Source of the DNA: an uncultured virus (IMG/VR IMGVR_UViG_3300042691_054280)
Lineage: Duplodnaviria; Heunggongvirae; Uroviricota; Caudoviricetes; Crassvirales
IMG/VR virus record: IMGVR_UViG_3300042691_054280
Length of the DNA stretch: 64,000 bases
Direction: 5' to 3' (one strand)
The position numbers were made by a program, and so were the translations under genes. Shown here in pieces: positions 48,150 to 57,632 of the stretch. The notes beneath the pieces were generated by a model. The model searched no databases and was not told where the DNA came from. It saw only the letters and a list, made by a program, of their open reading frames with translations. How positions within the stretch are numbered: the first letter of the stretch is position 1; the number at the start of each line of letters is the position of its first letter.

Positions 48150-49331
48150 TTAACCTAATCCGAACAATGTTGCGCTGTCCACTTGTTGTGGATCGAATCG
48201 TTTTGTTTTGTCTACCGGCGCTTGCTTTCCGGATACGGCTGCGGTATCCTTGAGTTTTGACCGGAGAGTTCTTGCAGCCTTTGTATCTGCTTTGGTCTCC
48301 ACCAAAGTTTTCAGATCAAGGCCTTTGTACAGAATGTAGTCCAGTGCCAGGCGCTGTTCTACCGGAATTTTAGCAAGTGCTTCATCCCGTTTGCTTTTTC
48401 CACTTGCAGTTTTCACTGCAATGAATTCAAAGAACGAGGCCTTTTCCTTAGCAGGAATTTGCAAACCTGCAAACTCTTCCTTGGTTGCCAGGGTCTGCTG
48501 AACTGTATTCCAGTACTGCAGCTCTTTGTCAACTTTAGCCTGATGCTCAGCCTGCTGTTCTTTGAGCAACTTTTCACGTTGCTCTCCTTGAAGCTTAGCA
48601 AGCTCTTTTTGGATCACGGCAGCTTTATCGAAAAGCTTTCCGGTATCCTCGTACTCCGTAAGGGTGTCTTTGATGAAGGCTTCATCATGACCTTTTGCTT
48701 TGAAGTACTCAGTTACAATTGAGCGCTGAACAGCAACATCTTCTTTTGCCAGTTCAAGCTTGCTGTAATCTTGAGTTCCACCAAACGTTTGAAAGAACTT
48801 ATCCGGATCACCCCCGGCAAGGACGTAGTCGAGGTGTTTTTGAATCGATGGGTGTTGGCTGAAAATTCTTTCGAGTTCATTTTCGGCCATGGTAACTGCG
48901 ATTTCCCGGGTAAGTTTTGTCAGACCTTGTTCGGTGTCCTCGAACTCTTCTTCGCGCTCACCAAGATCAAATCCCAATGCTGTAGCAATTGATTTGACCA
49001 TGGGCTCTTCACCCCCGTCGTCTTCAGAACCGTCTCCGTCTCCGGCACCTTTGCCGGTTTTTCCTTTCGGTTTTCCGTTACCAGGTTCATCATCGCCATC
49101 TGGATCATCATTTTCTTCTTCCTCTTCTTCTTCCTCTTCCTCTTCTTTCTCCTCGTTTCCTTTTGGAGCGGGAGAAGGATTGTTTTTTCCAGCAGCTGGT
49201 TTTTCCTTTCCTCCCGGAGGATCAATTGGGTCAAGTCCACCGGCACCGCCTCCGGCTTCTTCTGACAAGAGTGACTCCATCGAGATATCCTCGAGGTTCA
49301 GTTTGTCGTCGTTTTCATTTTTGGATTGCAT
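48150..49331 (-). CDS. acidic scaffold-like protein
   Basis: 393 aa; acidic, disordered N-terminus with a poly-Glu tract and helical C-terminus; directly upstream of MCP. Confidence 0.7.
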   Translation of the reverse strand: MQSKNENDDKLNLEDISMESLLSEEAGGGAGGLDPIDPPGGKEKPAAGKNNPSPAPKGNEEKEEEEEEEEEEENDDPDGDDEPGNGKPKGKTGKGAGDGDGSEDDGGEEPMVKSIATALGFDLGEREEEFEDTEQGLTKLTREIAVTMAENELERIFSQHPSIQKHLDYVLAGGDPDKFFQTFGGTQDYSKLELAKEDVAVQRSIVTEYFKAKGHDEAFIKDTLTEYEDTGKLFDKAAVIQKELAKLQGEQREKLLKEQQAEHQAKVDKELQYWNTVQQTLATKEEFAGLQIPAKEKASFFEFIAVKTASGKSKRDEALAKIPVEQRLALDYILYKGLDLKTLVETKADTKAARTLRSKLKDTAAVSGKQAPVDKTKRFDPQQVDSATLFGLG

Positions 49332-49335
49332 GTTA

Positions 49336-49343
49336 CAAAGGTA
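49336..49343 (-). promoter_or_regulatory. -7 box (TACCTTTG), 4 nt before the scaffold ATG
   Basis: Minus strand reads TACCTTTG-TAAC-ATG. Confidence 0.75.
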
Positions 49344-49400
49344 TTTGTGGGTTTTTCTTTCTACACTGTAAAGTTAATTTTTACACCGTGCTTTACAGTA

Positions 49401-49880
49401 TTACATTTTTTGCCAAAATCCACCACAACTGTAGCAGTATTTTGAAAGCTTATTTTGTTGGCGCAGCTTAATTTTTTCTGCTACTCCGCCGGTTTGAAAA
49501 GTTTTGGCTGGAGTTTCAATTACGGTACCGCGGTTAGGGCCGGTCGGAAGGTTGACAATTCCAGGAGGAACTGATTTGTAGGACTCCACAACATTGCCAC
49601 GATCGTCCACTTTTGTAATGTCGATCGGAGCTTTCAACCCGACTGTGGTCATTGGTTGATTTGGAGGCAGGTCCGGAAATACCATGGATGCTCCAGTGTT
49701 TCCAGCTTGATGCGCCGGAATAAGGCCAGCTTGTTGCTGTTCAGGAGTCGTTGCCACCGGCATGCTTTGTGACAGGATGTCTACTCCTTGCCGGTGTGCA
49801 GAGAAAACATCCAGGATGCTTCCCTGGTAACCTGATTCCCGGGCACGAGTGAGGAGTTCTCTGCGTTCTGCGTTTGTCAT
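49401..49880 (-). CDS. hypothetical protein with FQTGG motif
   Basis: 159 aa; ATGA overlap with the portal gene. Confidence 0.65.
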   Translation of the reverse strand: MTNAERRELLTRARESGYQGSILDVFSAHRQGVDILSQSMPVATTPEQQQAGLIPAHQAGNTGASMVFPDLPPNQPMTTVGLKAPIDITKVDDRGNVVESYKSVPPGIVNLPTGPNRGTVIETPAKTFQTGGVAEKIKLRQQNKLSKYCYSCGGFWQKM

Positions 49881-52093
49881 TCTGTGCCTTTGTCAGTTAT
49901 AGCAGCTTGGTGCTTCAGTGTAATCTCTTTTTCTTTCAGAGCAAGCGCTTCTTTTTTCACTTCGAGATCTTCCATTGCTTTCTTTAGGTCAGCTGCATTC
50001 GAAGATTCGTCTGACTCTGCTTTGATAAGCGCAAGTTCAATTGCAAGCTGCCGGTCTTTTTCTTTGTCAACTGCCTGCATATCAGTTTGATATTTTATAG
50101 TTGCCGCCTGCTCTTCAGCCTTGGCTCTTTCAGCTTCAGCGACAGCTTTTTCAAGCTCGGCCTGTGCACGCTCAACTTCTTTGATCTTCTGCTCGATCTG
50201 TGCAAAGCTTTCGTTTTTGAAGATTGAAGCAATGGTTGAAATTGGTACTCCATTTTGGACCATTGCTTGCGACAGCGCCTCAAGCTTTTCCTTGCGTTCA
50301 ATGTCTTTACCGGAGTCAGATACAAAGATCCCGAATTCACACTCAGAGTAAATGAGGGAATCAATGTCCAGAAAGTTTGTGGTTCCATCCGGCATAATGT
50401 ACATAGACTTTTTGCCGTTCAGCCATGCCTCTTTTGAGTAATCAAGTAGGCCTTGAAGCTCCCGTTGTTCGAAGTGAGAAAACTTTCGGAAGATATCTTC
50501 TGTGATGTGAGATGACTGGACGATCGACTGCTGACTGGTTGCCTTTCCTTCGTGCACACCCATCTGGCCTTGGCGCTGACGTGTAACTCCGGATACTTTT
50601 TCCCACTCGAGAACAATTGAATCAAGCAGAGACAAGTACTGAGAAATTGTCTTGATTGACATGTCCAGTACTGACTGGTGCTGAGGAGAAAGAGTGATAC
50701 CTTCTTTGTTGTAGTCGACCCATGCAATACCGGTACCTTCTACAAAGTACATGAATTTGTCCATGTCCCAGTTTTTGGGAATCATGTTTATGTCGAACTG
50801 AGCAATGATGTCTTTGCTTCGAGCAATGGCAAGCTCAAGTCGATACTTGTAGATGTTGTAGTTGAGCTGGTAGGGAATTCCCAGGCTGACCAATGAGATA
50901 TTCTGGGAGTTTACATCCGAATACTTGCGGCCGTTGATAGGCAACTTGCAAAGTGATGGATTGTCGAGGCTTTTTCTTTGAGTTGGTACCGGTCCGAGAT
51001 CTACGTAAAATCTGCCATCGATTTGAGTTCCCTGTCGGACTTCATTTCCCCATTCATATGTGAGAACAGCGCCTAACTGGGCATTTTCCGGAGTAAGCTT
51101 GTAGTTTTCCGGAACGATTGTTTCTTCAACAGAGCCTGTCGCAGGGTCCGTATACTTCAAAAATGCATATCGTTTCCGAGTTTTCCAATAAACAGTAATG
51201 ACTTCGGTCAGTCGGTTCCGGGCCAGATTTGGATCCGGGCCAGTACTTTCCATCTTGTACAGCAAGAATACATCAGAGGTAGTTTGCTCCGGAGTTTCCA
51301 GTGCCAGCACTTGCTCGGCTGTCAGCTTGTCCCCGTAAGCATCAATGATAGAGGATGCGTGAGCAAATCTTCTACGAAGCGCAAAGTCCCCGTCTTCAAT
51401 GAATTCCACATCCGGATCCTTATCATAATCCACGTCCATTGGATTAATGATGTCGTAGAATACTTCACCTCTTCGTACACCTTTTTCAGAGAAAACTTCT
51501 CCGGCTGTAAGGAAGTGGAAAAACTGCTTTTGGAGTTTGTCGTAGAGCTCATTGAAGTACATTATATAGTTCAACGCAGCTTGGCCCCGAATTGCCCGAT
51601 TGTCTACGTAACTCATATCAAACTCTTTGACGAGCTGATCTGGCATCTGGACTTCCTGCTCTGGTGCATCAACAACTCCCTGTTCAGCAAGTTCATTAAT
51701 GAACATGGCTTTGATGTTCTCCAGAATCCTTGCTTTTTTCTGCTCCTCCTTGATACTGATTGAGTCACTGTTCTGAACTGTGACTGTATACTCGAGCGGG
51801 CGCTTTGATTTTTCCCCAAGTAAAAGGTCAATGATCGGTTTTATGATTGGGTAGTTGCGCATCTTCGAAGGGAAGTTGCTGCGGGTTTTACCATACGGCC
51901 GAAGTACATAATCGTAATCCTCTTCGTCAATGATCCCGTTGTAGAAATCATAGAGAGATTTCAGATAGGATCTCCGATCAGTTGTCCCGAATCTGGACAT
52001 GCTGATAAAGGCCTTGACATTTTCAATATGCCAGCTTTCAGTCTTTTGGGACTCTGGAATTCGTTGTTTCGGGAGTGGTGTGAAGTTGACCAT
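49877..52093 (-). CDS. portal protein
   Basis: Start re-assigned to MVNFTPLPKQ; NYPIIKPIIDLLLGE, KLPINGR, YQLNYNI..YRLE and SGVTRQRQG motifs; follows terL. Confidence 0.9.
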   Translation of the reverse strand: MVNFTPLPKQRIPESQKTESWHIENVKAFISMSRFGTTDRRSYLKSLYDFYNGIIDEEDYDYVLRPYGKTRSNFPSKMRNYPIIKPIIDLLLGEKSKRPLEYTVTVQNSDSISIKEEQKKARILENIKAMFINELAEQGVVDAPEQEVQMPDQLVKEFDMSYVDNRAIRGQAALNYIMYFNELYDKLQKQFFHFLTAGEVFSEKGVRRGEVFYDIINPMDVDYDKDPDVEFIEDGDFALRRRFAHASSIIDAYGDKLTAEQVLALETPEQTTSDVFLLYKMESTGPDPNLARNRLTEVITVYWKTRKRYAFLKYTDPATGSVEETIVPENYKLTPENAQLGAVLTYEWGNEVRQGTQIDGRFYVDLGPVPTQRKSLDNPSLCKLPINGRKYSDVNSQNISLVSLGIPYQLNYNIYKYRLELAIARSKDIIAQFDINMIPKNWDMDKFMYFVEGTGIAWVDYNKEGITLSPQHQSVLDMSIKTISQYLSLLDSIVLEWEKVSGVTRQRQGQMGVHEGKATSQQSIVQSSHITEDIFRKFSHFEQRELQGLLDYSKEAWLNGKKSMYIMPDGTTNFLDIDSLIYSECEFGIFVSDSGKDIERKEKLEALSQAMVQNGVPISTIASIFKNESFAQIEQKIKEVERAQAELEKAVAEAERAKAEEQAATIKYQTDMQAVDKEKDRQLAIELALIKAESDESSNAADLKKAMEDLEVKKEALALKEKEITLKHQAAITDKGTE

Positions 52094-52097
52094 AGCA

Positions 52098-52105
52098 CAA
52101 AGATA
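52098..52105 (-). promoter_or_regulatory. -7 box (TATCTTTG), 4 nt before the portal ATG
   Basis: Minus strand reads TATCTTTG-TGCT-ATG. Confidence 0.75.
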
Positions 52106-52124
52106 GTAGTGAGTTTGGTACTTT

Positions 52125-54137
52125 TTACTTATAGATTCTATCGAACCATTCGTTTGAGCTATTGTCTTTTGTTGCAAAAGTCAGCTCTTTGTTGTGAAGT
52201 TCCCTGATGTGATACATGGCTATCATAAGTGCCATGACTCGGTCAAAGTTTCCCTTTCGGTTAAACTTGATCAGCTCCTGCAGCAATGCCGTGTCATAAA
52301 TCTTCTGAAGGTTTAGCGTAATTTCCCCATCTTCATTGGCGCCGCGGCCTGAGACCAACCAGTCCCGGATGTAGATTTCACCCTGGCCTTTTCGTTGTTC
52401 GGTCATGTGCATGCCGTACTGCCGCTTGACAGTTTTACTTTGCAGGTCTTTTTTGTCCAGCATTTCGAACTCTTCCTGCAGCAAATGCAGCTTCCTGAAA
52501 CGTTTTGCGTACGGAATTACTTCTCCGCGGTCGTTCTCAAATCCGATTTTGGCGTTGTAGTATTCCGCCAGCATAAACAGGGTGTAGTTGTAGTCATCCT
52601 GGTTTTCCGGCCGGCCTACGTATGAGGCCACAATTAAATCATCGGGTTTACTGAGGTTATTCGGGACCTTGAGAACGTACGCAGCACCCAAAGAGATTTC
52701 GTTGCTGGTTTTACCATGGGCGTACGGGTCGTGTCCAAGGATGTACAGGTTTTTCGGAGTTATCCCAACTTTTATCCCGTTGTCATCTATGTCGGCTTTG
52801 AACGGAGGTTCGTATATTACTACGGCTCCCGTAAGATTATCCCCTTTTCTGTGAGGATAAGCTTTAATAGCACGTGCTTCAGAGTCTGGCCGGAACTTTA
52901 CTTTTCCGGAAACGTCCCGATATAGTACTCCAACCACACCGATTTTATCCAGGTTGCCGGCAACTACCCGGTTGTATTGTTCTTTTAGCGACGTGACATC
53001 AAAGTAGTTGGCTGTTACCTGAAGAGTTGCTTCTTGAGGATTGAATGGGTGTTCAGCAATGTACTGATCGTATGATTTTGGATCACCGGCTTTTTTCTTG
53101 TTCTCTCGTTGACTTTCCTCGTACTCGATCGCCGATTCCTCGAGACTATTACCGTTTTTGTCTATGAATCCATCCAGATTTTTGGTAATAGGCACGAAGA
53201 AACCACATTCCGTACCCATGGCGCCCGGGTCCCACACGTTTTCAAATGCCATGCAGTCATAAGCTTCCGGATGATAGAACAGTTCTTCAAGGCCTTCAAA
53301 TCCAGGACCTTCTTCACCACCGGTACCAAAAGCAATCATGGTTCCAAGTGTTTTTGAACCTTGCCTCATGGTAGGCATGGCAATTTCCCATGCTTTTAAG
53401 AGCCCGGTAAAAGATCCGGCTTCTTCAAAGAACATCAGCTCACCGGCTTTACCACGAATTTTGTTGGGATTGTCCTTTAGCGACAGACCTATAATCTGGG
53501 ATTTGAACCCCATGGTTACATCGGAGCCGTTGATGTTCCGTTTGTAGCCGGCTTGCTTGTGAAGATCCCGGTCTTTTACTCGAGGTTGTCTCCAGGCCGT
53601 GTGCTCATCGTTAAATGAGAGCATTTCCCACGTTTTTGACAGAATACCGTCCCCCGTAAGGTACTCTTTCTGCTCAGCTACTACAAAATTTCTGGAATTG
53701 CGCAGATGGTAGTAGTTTCTGGCCATCATCGAAGCCGCTTTGTAGGAATATCCTTTTCGGCGGGCCTTTAATACTGCAATGTGCTTGTTCGTTTTTCGAG
53801 CTTTGTCAATTGCATGGAAAAATTCCCAGTCTCCGTCGTAAAATCGTGGAAAATCATACTCACGAGTGGACACAATTGAGCCATCTGGCTGCTCTTCGTC
53901 TGAAACTAGTGCAATCGGACAGTAGTTGAGGTAGAAATAGTGGTATCCGGTAATGGTTATGCCGGCTGCAGTGTAACCATGCAGGCATCTATGCTGCTCT
54001 TCTTCCCAGAATTCCAGATACTGCTTTGTTCCCTCAATTGCCTTGGTGTATTTACCCATTTCTCTAAATGCCGCAGCGGCAGGACTGAGAAGATGGGTGT
54101 CAACAAAGTTGTATTTGGTCAGAATCGGAAGACTCAT
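52125..54137 (-). CDS. terL: terminase large subunit
   Basis: ITGYHYFYLNY, Walker A KARRKGYS, Walker B FFEEAG, FGTGG, and nuclease GHDPY and NFDRVMA motifs. Confidence 0.95.
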   Translation of the reverse strand: MSLPILTKYNFVDTHLLSPAAAAFREMGKYTKAIEGTKQYLEFWEEEQHRCLHGYTAAGITITGYHYFYLNYCPIALVSDEEQPDGSIVSTREYDFPRFYDGDWEFFHAIDKARKTNKHIAVLKARRKGYSYKAASMMARNYYHLRNSRNFVVAEQKEYLTGDGILSKTWEMLSFNDEHTAWRQPRVKDRDLHKQAGYKRNINGSDVTMGFKSQIIGLSLKDNPNKIRGKAGELMFFEEAGSFTGLLKAWEIAMPTMRQGSKTLGTMIAFGTGGEEGPGFEGLEELFYHPEAYDCMAFENVWDPGAMGTECGFFVPITKNLDGFIDKNGNSLEESAIEYEESQRENKKKAGDPKSYDQYIAEHPFNPQEATLQVTANYFDVTSLKEQYNRVVAGNLDKIGVVGVLYRDVSGKVKFRPDSEARAIKAYPHRKGDNLTGAVVIYEPPFKADIDDNGIKVGITPKNLYILGHDPYAHGKTSNEISLGAAYVLKVPNNLSKPDDLIVASYVGRPENQDDYNYTLFMLAEYYNAKIGFENDRGEVIPYAKRFRKLHLLQEEFEMLDKKDLQSKTVKRQYGMHMTEQRKGQGEIYIRDWLVSGRGANEDGEITLNLQKIYDTALLQELIKFNRKGNFDRVMALMIAMYHIRELHNKELTFATKDNSSNEWFDRIYK

Positions 54138-54634
54138 TCACTGAATTTATTGACCTTTACTCCCCCACGGTTTGGGCCCTCAATTGTAGCTTCTTTTCGA
54201 ACAAGTTCCTCAAGGGCTTGAAGGCCTTCCACAACTTCTCCGAGTTTTGTGAGGTTTGCTACAAGGTCTCGGGCTGTAAAAATAGGAGTTCCACGTTCAT
54301 TGAGCTGCGTAAGATCAATTTCTCGAAGGTATTCTTCCAATCTATTGACTGATTCCCGGGCCGCCACCAACAGTCGGATTGAGTGAGTTTCTGAAAGCTG
54401 CCTGTATTTATCAATTGCAGCCTGCAACTGCTTTGAAACGGACTTAATTTTGAAATCCTCGAGTAATATTTTCAATCGCTCGTCTTCTGTGTACGCTGAA
54501 TACGGGGATCTGTAATCGCAGAAAAAGTAAACGAAACCGAGTTCGTTCGGAGAAAGCTTAGCAAACTCTGAGATCAGCTTTGCATATGGACTTATTACTA
54601 CATTATCATTCTCCAGAGCTACCAGATTCTTCAT
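54134..54634 (-). CDS. conserved protein upstream of terL (terminase small subunit candidate)
   Basis: FVYFFCDYRSPY motif; ATGA overlap with terL. The TerS role is inferred from position only. Confidence 0.5.
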   Translation of the reverse strand: MKNLVALENDNVVISPYAKLISEFAKLSPNELGFVYFFCDYRSPYSAYTEDERLKILLEDFKIKSVSKQLQAAIDKYRQLSETHSIRLLVAARESVNRLEEYLREIDLTQLNERGTPIFTARDLVANLTKLGEVVEGLQALEELVRKEATIEGPNRGGVKVNKFSE

Positions 54635-54863
54635 TTTCTTCCTCTTTTTTCTTTCGTTTGGCGCTTAGGTGCTCCAATCGTTTTGGGTTTGCCGAAAATT
54701 TTCCGAGATATGCCAATCGAATAGCCTTAAACTCGCCACTGGCAATTTTTTCGGCCGAAAATTTGAATTGCGACATTACAATTTCCTCAATTTTTCTCAA
54801 TGGGAGATTGTATTTTGTCGCAATTCTTTGAATCAGCGCTTTCTGATCAGAGGTCAGTGACAT
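54606..54863 (-). CDS. HU/IHF-like DNA-binding protein
   Basis: LIQRIATKYNLP...IEEIV...IRLAYLGKF; start re-assigned to ATG 54863. Confidence 0.7.
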   Translation of the reverse strand: MSLTSDQKALIQRIATKYNLPLRKIEEIVMSQFKFSAEKIASGEFKAIRLAYLGKFSANPKRLEHLSAKRKKKEEENEESGSSGE

Positions 54864-55149
54864 TGTCGGACTTTTTCTTGAGTTCAAGTTCTGCTACTTT
54901 CCATCTTGAGGGATTGTCAGGACAATCTGCTGTTGCCCATTGTCCTTTATGAAACACATAGCAGCCACACAGTGAGCATCGATCGTCTTTTGCAATTCGA
55001 AGTTCACATTTTTGGCATGCTTCCATTCTGGTTTTATAAACTTCCGGGCTTACCGCAGGCATGCCTTCTGCGATGTATTCCACAGAAGACTTCACGAAGT
55101 TTTTGACCATGGTTGCAAAAGAAGGAAGTTTTGGAGTTTCGTCATTCAT
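54847..55149 (-). CDS. small zinc-binding protein
   Basis: R...CQKC, RCSLCGC and CP...W; start re-assigned to MNDETP. Confidence 0.7.
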   Translation of the reverse strand: MNDETPKLPSFATMVKNFVKSSVEYIAEGMPAVSPEVYKTRMEACQKCELRIAKDDRCSLCGCYVFHKGQWATADCPDNPSRWKVAELELKKKSDNVTDL

Positions 55150-55270
55150 TTGGCAAGAATTCAAGTAAGTCAATTTGTTCTACACTACCGTAACCGTCTT
55201 GTTGTATTACAAGTAGCGCATTTTGCAATTGGTGCACTGTGCATACGGCATTTTCACGAAGCAGGAGCAT
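55142..55270 (-). CDS. 42-aa hypothetical protein
   Basis: MLLLRENAVCTVHQLQNALLVIQQDGYGSVEQIDLLEFLPNE fills the gap and overlaps both neighbours; not in the ORF track. Confidence 0.4.
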   Translation of the reverse strand: MLLLRENAVCTVHQLQNALLVIQQDGYGSVEQIDLLEFLPNE

Positions 55271-55592
55271 TCTCGGGAGTTGTAATTTCAATTCGGACCA
55301 ACGTTTTTTTAGGTCTCAGCAGATCAGTTATTTCATAGCCATCCTTTGTTTTGTAGATGGCTTTTTTCTGTTTGAGTATCCGTACGTAATTGTTAAGAGT
55401 ATTGAAATCTTTGATTTTCAAAGCTTCTGCAACTCTCCGTTTGTTCGTGGCGGAACACAAATTTACGGTTTCTCGGAGATCGTAGAGCTTGGCAAGCACA
55501 CGAATTTCCATGTCAGTCAGCTCAAAAAAGCTGTTGAAGAATTTGATGTACTTGTATGTGGTCGTCGCCCGGACCGTTATTGTTGCACTCAT
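55254..55592 (-). CDS. winged-helix-like DNA-binding protein
   Basis: LTDMEIRVLA...VAEALKI...LNNYVRILKQKKAI pattern. Confidence 0.6.
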   Translation of the reverse strand: MSATITVRATTTYKYIKFFNSFFELTDMEIRVLAKLYDLRETVNLCSATNKRRVAEALKIKDFNTLNNYVRILKQKKAIYKTKDGYEITDLLRPKKTLVRIEITTPENAPAS

Positions 55593-55843
55593 TTGGCAGG
55601 AATTAGACGAAGTCCTTTCTCTTTGTCCAGCTCCATTTTGATGAACTGGGACTGATTGTTGAACATTTCGATGTGTCGCTGCATGTCAACTGTATTGCTG
55701 ATATAGCGTAGGAAGACTTCCACTTCTTGGATGCTTTTAGTCAGCCGTTGTTCTTTAAGCTCTTTTTCGACTGCAGTTTTTCGTAAAGCGTCAAAATCGT
55801 GCACGGTAATAGTAACCGTGCCCGGAATCGTCATTGGATCCAT
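55589..55843 (-). CDS. hypothetical protein
   Basis: 84-aa ORF tightly packed in the operon. Confidence 0.6.
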   Translation of the reverse strand: MDPMTIPGTVTITVHDFDALRKTAVEKELKEQRLTKSIQEVEVFLRYISNTVDMQRHIEMFNNQSQFIKMELDKEKGLRLIPAK

Positions 55844-55845
55844 AA

Positions 55846-56181
55846 TCAGCTTGTGTATTTACCGAGAATGTAAGAGCGCTGAATTTGGGCATACTTTCGC
55901 TCTCCGATAATAATGACTGTCGCTTCTGCATTTGGATGCACCTTTACGGTGTCGCCAGGCTTGTAAAGAGGATATGAATCCTGGCCAACTGCCATTACTT
56001 TCAAATCGTTGCTCTGTCGTGCTACGATGTGCTCCGGAATTACAAGGCCGGCAGCAGTCTTTTTTTCTTCAGGGTGCTCTACAACCACATGATATGGATC
56101 AGGAATGTATCCAATTGTGGTCAGATAAGATTCTGGGAATTCTGAAGCTTGAACTCCAACGTGTTCTTTTTCGTTTGACAT
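55846..56181 (-). CDS. groES: GroES/Cpn10-like co-chaperonin
   Basis: P...HVVVE, mobile loop EKKTAAGLVIPE, VMAVG, KPGDTV and ILGK; start re-assigned to MSNEKEH. Confidence 0.8.
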   Translation of the reverse strand: MSNEKEHVGVQASEFPESYLTTIGYIPDPYHVVVEHPEEKKTAAGLVIPEHIVARQSNDLKVMAVGQDSYPLYKPGDTVKVHPNAEATVIIIGERKYAQIQRSYILGKYTS

Positions 56182-56199
56182 GTGTATGGTTTTGCATGT

Positions 56200-56230
56200 C
56201 AAATGTAAGAAGACTTTTTATAAAGTCAAG
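56200..56230 (-). promoter_or_regulatory. full Bacteroidota sigma-A promoter for the groES-terL operon
   Basis: Minus strand CTTG-19 nt-TACATTTG. Confidence 0.75.
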
Positions 56231-56247
56231 AGAAATAGTAGATTTTT

Positions 56248-56721
56248 CTAACTCTTTAGAAGTAAGGTAATTACTACAGTTTCGATACCGATTATTCCAG
56301 CTTCAATTATCGCTACTCTGCGCCACCACTTCTTTTTCGTTACTTCTTTATTATACTTTACCGACCATTTCTGTGTCTCTGCTTTTTGTTCTTCATACAG
56401 TGCTTTGAACTGTTCATACAGCCCGCTGGAGATTCGTTCTTGATACTCGAGCTTGGCAATGTCAATATTTTTTCGATCGATCAACTTGTCCTTAGCAGCA
56501 ATTAAGGTGTCCTGCTTGGCCACTTTTTTTTCAAGCTCGTAGTTCTTGAACTCTAGGTTATCCCAAAGAATGAGAACTCGCTGGATAGCTTCCAGCTGTT
56601 CCATGTCGAATGCTACTACGGTAGTCCCGTCAGGGAGTTTTAGGTACCGTGGAAAGTCTTTCTGCGACATCCCTGAGACGCTCATCAGGAGACATACCAG
56701 CAGCGCGGCGAAGTTCTTCAT
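56248..56721 (-). CDS. spanin-like coiled-coil protein with signal peptide and C-terminal TM
   Basis: Start re-assigned to MKNFAALLVCLLMSVSGMSQ; coiled coil; KKKWWRR followed by a hydrophobic tail; overlaps the upstream gene. Confidence 0.5.
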   Translation of the reverse strand: MKNFAALLVCLLMSVSGMSQKDFPRYLKLPDGTTVVAFDMEQLEAIQRVLILWDNLEFKNYELEKKVAKQDTLIAAKDKLIDRKNIDIAKLEYQERISSGLYEQFKALYEEQKAETQKWSVKYNKEVTKKKWWRRVAIIEAGIIGIETVVITLLLKS

Positions 56722-56992
56722 CGAGTTTACGTTTAAGTTTGTTGATATTCTTGTCAGAAAGCTCAATATCTTCTTCAAGTTTTGATATCTGAAGCATAAG
56801 CTTTTCCTCTTCTTTTTTGAGAGAATCTCTTTCTGCCTGAATTCGATCGTACTCCTGCAGCAATTCTGTTGGGTATGACTGGTAGGTTTCTAGAACTTTT
56901 TGGACCTTGTGGCGCTGTCTGATTTGATAAATAGCAATTCCTCCCATTAGTAGAAAGATTGAGAATACAGCTATAATGCAGTTCTTAGTCAT
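56630..56992 (-). CDS. i-spanin-like protein
   Basis: N-terminal TM followed by a coiled coil; directly downstream of the endolysin. Confidence 0.55.
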   Translation of the reverse strand: MTKNCIIAVFSIFLLMGGIAIYQIRQRHKVQKVLETYQSYPTELLQEYDRIQAERDSLKKEEEKLMLQISKLEEDIELSDKNINKLKRKLDEELRRAAGMSPDERLRDVAERLSTVPKTP

Positions 56993-57632
56993 AGATCCAG
57001 GAGCTTATGTTGTGAATGGTTTTGACCGGCCGAAAGGTAAGGTAAACTCCGTCACCGTCTCGGCTTTTTCCATCGGTGTTTCCTTCTACAGCTTGCATCA
57101 TAGTGCCATCGTTGTAGATTTTGTCTACAAAACCTGTATGACCTATCCGCTCAAGCTTTGGGTAGTATAGGGTAAAAACATCTCCGTGGCGCCCCTCTCG
57201 AATCCATTGTCGATCGACGTATACCGGATTGCGCCGGTTAAAAGCAGTCGGGGACCAAGCTGTAACCCGACTTTCTACGCCGGCTGAATCCAGACACCAT
57301 CTTACATAGGCAGCGCACCACGGATTTCCTTTTCCAAGATTGGTAGCTCTGAGGTACATTTCTACTTCCGGGCCGTCATTTTTCCCGGTAGCTTCTCGTA
57401 CACCTATTTGAGAGGTGTAGATTTTTTGGAGCAGATCCCGTCGATTTACCGGCTTCTGTACTGGTTTTTGGACCGGTTTTTCTACTACAATTGGCTGAGG
57501 CTCAGCTGTAAGCTCAGATATCGGAGTTTTTCCAGTCGGAGCAATGCTCGTCAGATCAGGGCCGCAACCAAGCAGCAGAACAGCACAAGCAAAAAGGCTC
57601 CATACAATGGAACGAATAGAAGTTGTAGCCAT
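56985..57632 (-). CDS. CHAP-domain endolysin with lipoprotein signal
   Basis: IGVRE...PWCAAYV, GHTGFV and VEGNT CHAP motifs; N-terminal hydrophobic stretch ending in LLGC. Confidence 0.8.
   Translation of the reverse strand: MATTSIRSIVWSLFACAVLLLGCGPDLTSIAPTGKTPISELTAEPQPIVVEKPVQKPVQKPVNRRDLLQKIYTSQIGVREATGKNDGPEVEMYLRATNLGKGNPWCAAYVRWCLDSAGVESRVTAWSPTAFNRRNPVYVDRQWIREGRHGDVFTLYYPKLERIGHTGFVDKIYNDGTMMQAVEGNTDGKSRDGDGVYLTFRPVKTIHNISSWIYD

Noticed and set aside
49113..49155. TTC/CTC microsatellite-like tract
   Set aside because: Encodes the poly-Glu stretch of the scaffold-like protein with mixed codons.
46683..54137. Introns or inteins in terL, portal or MCP
   Set aside because: Genes are continuous and of ordinary length, with no intein or homing-endonuclease motifs seen.
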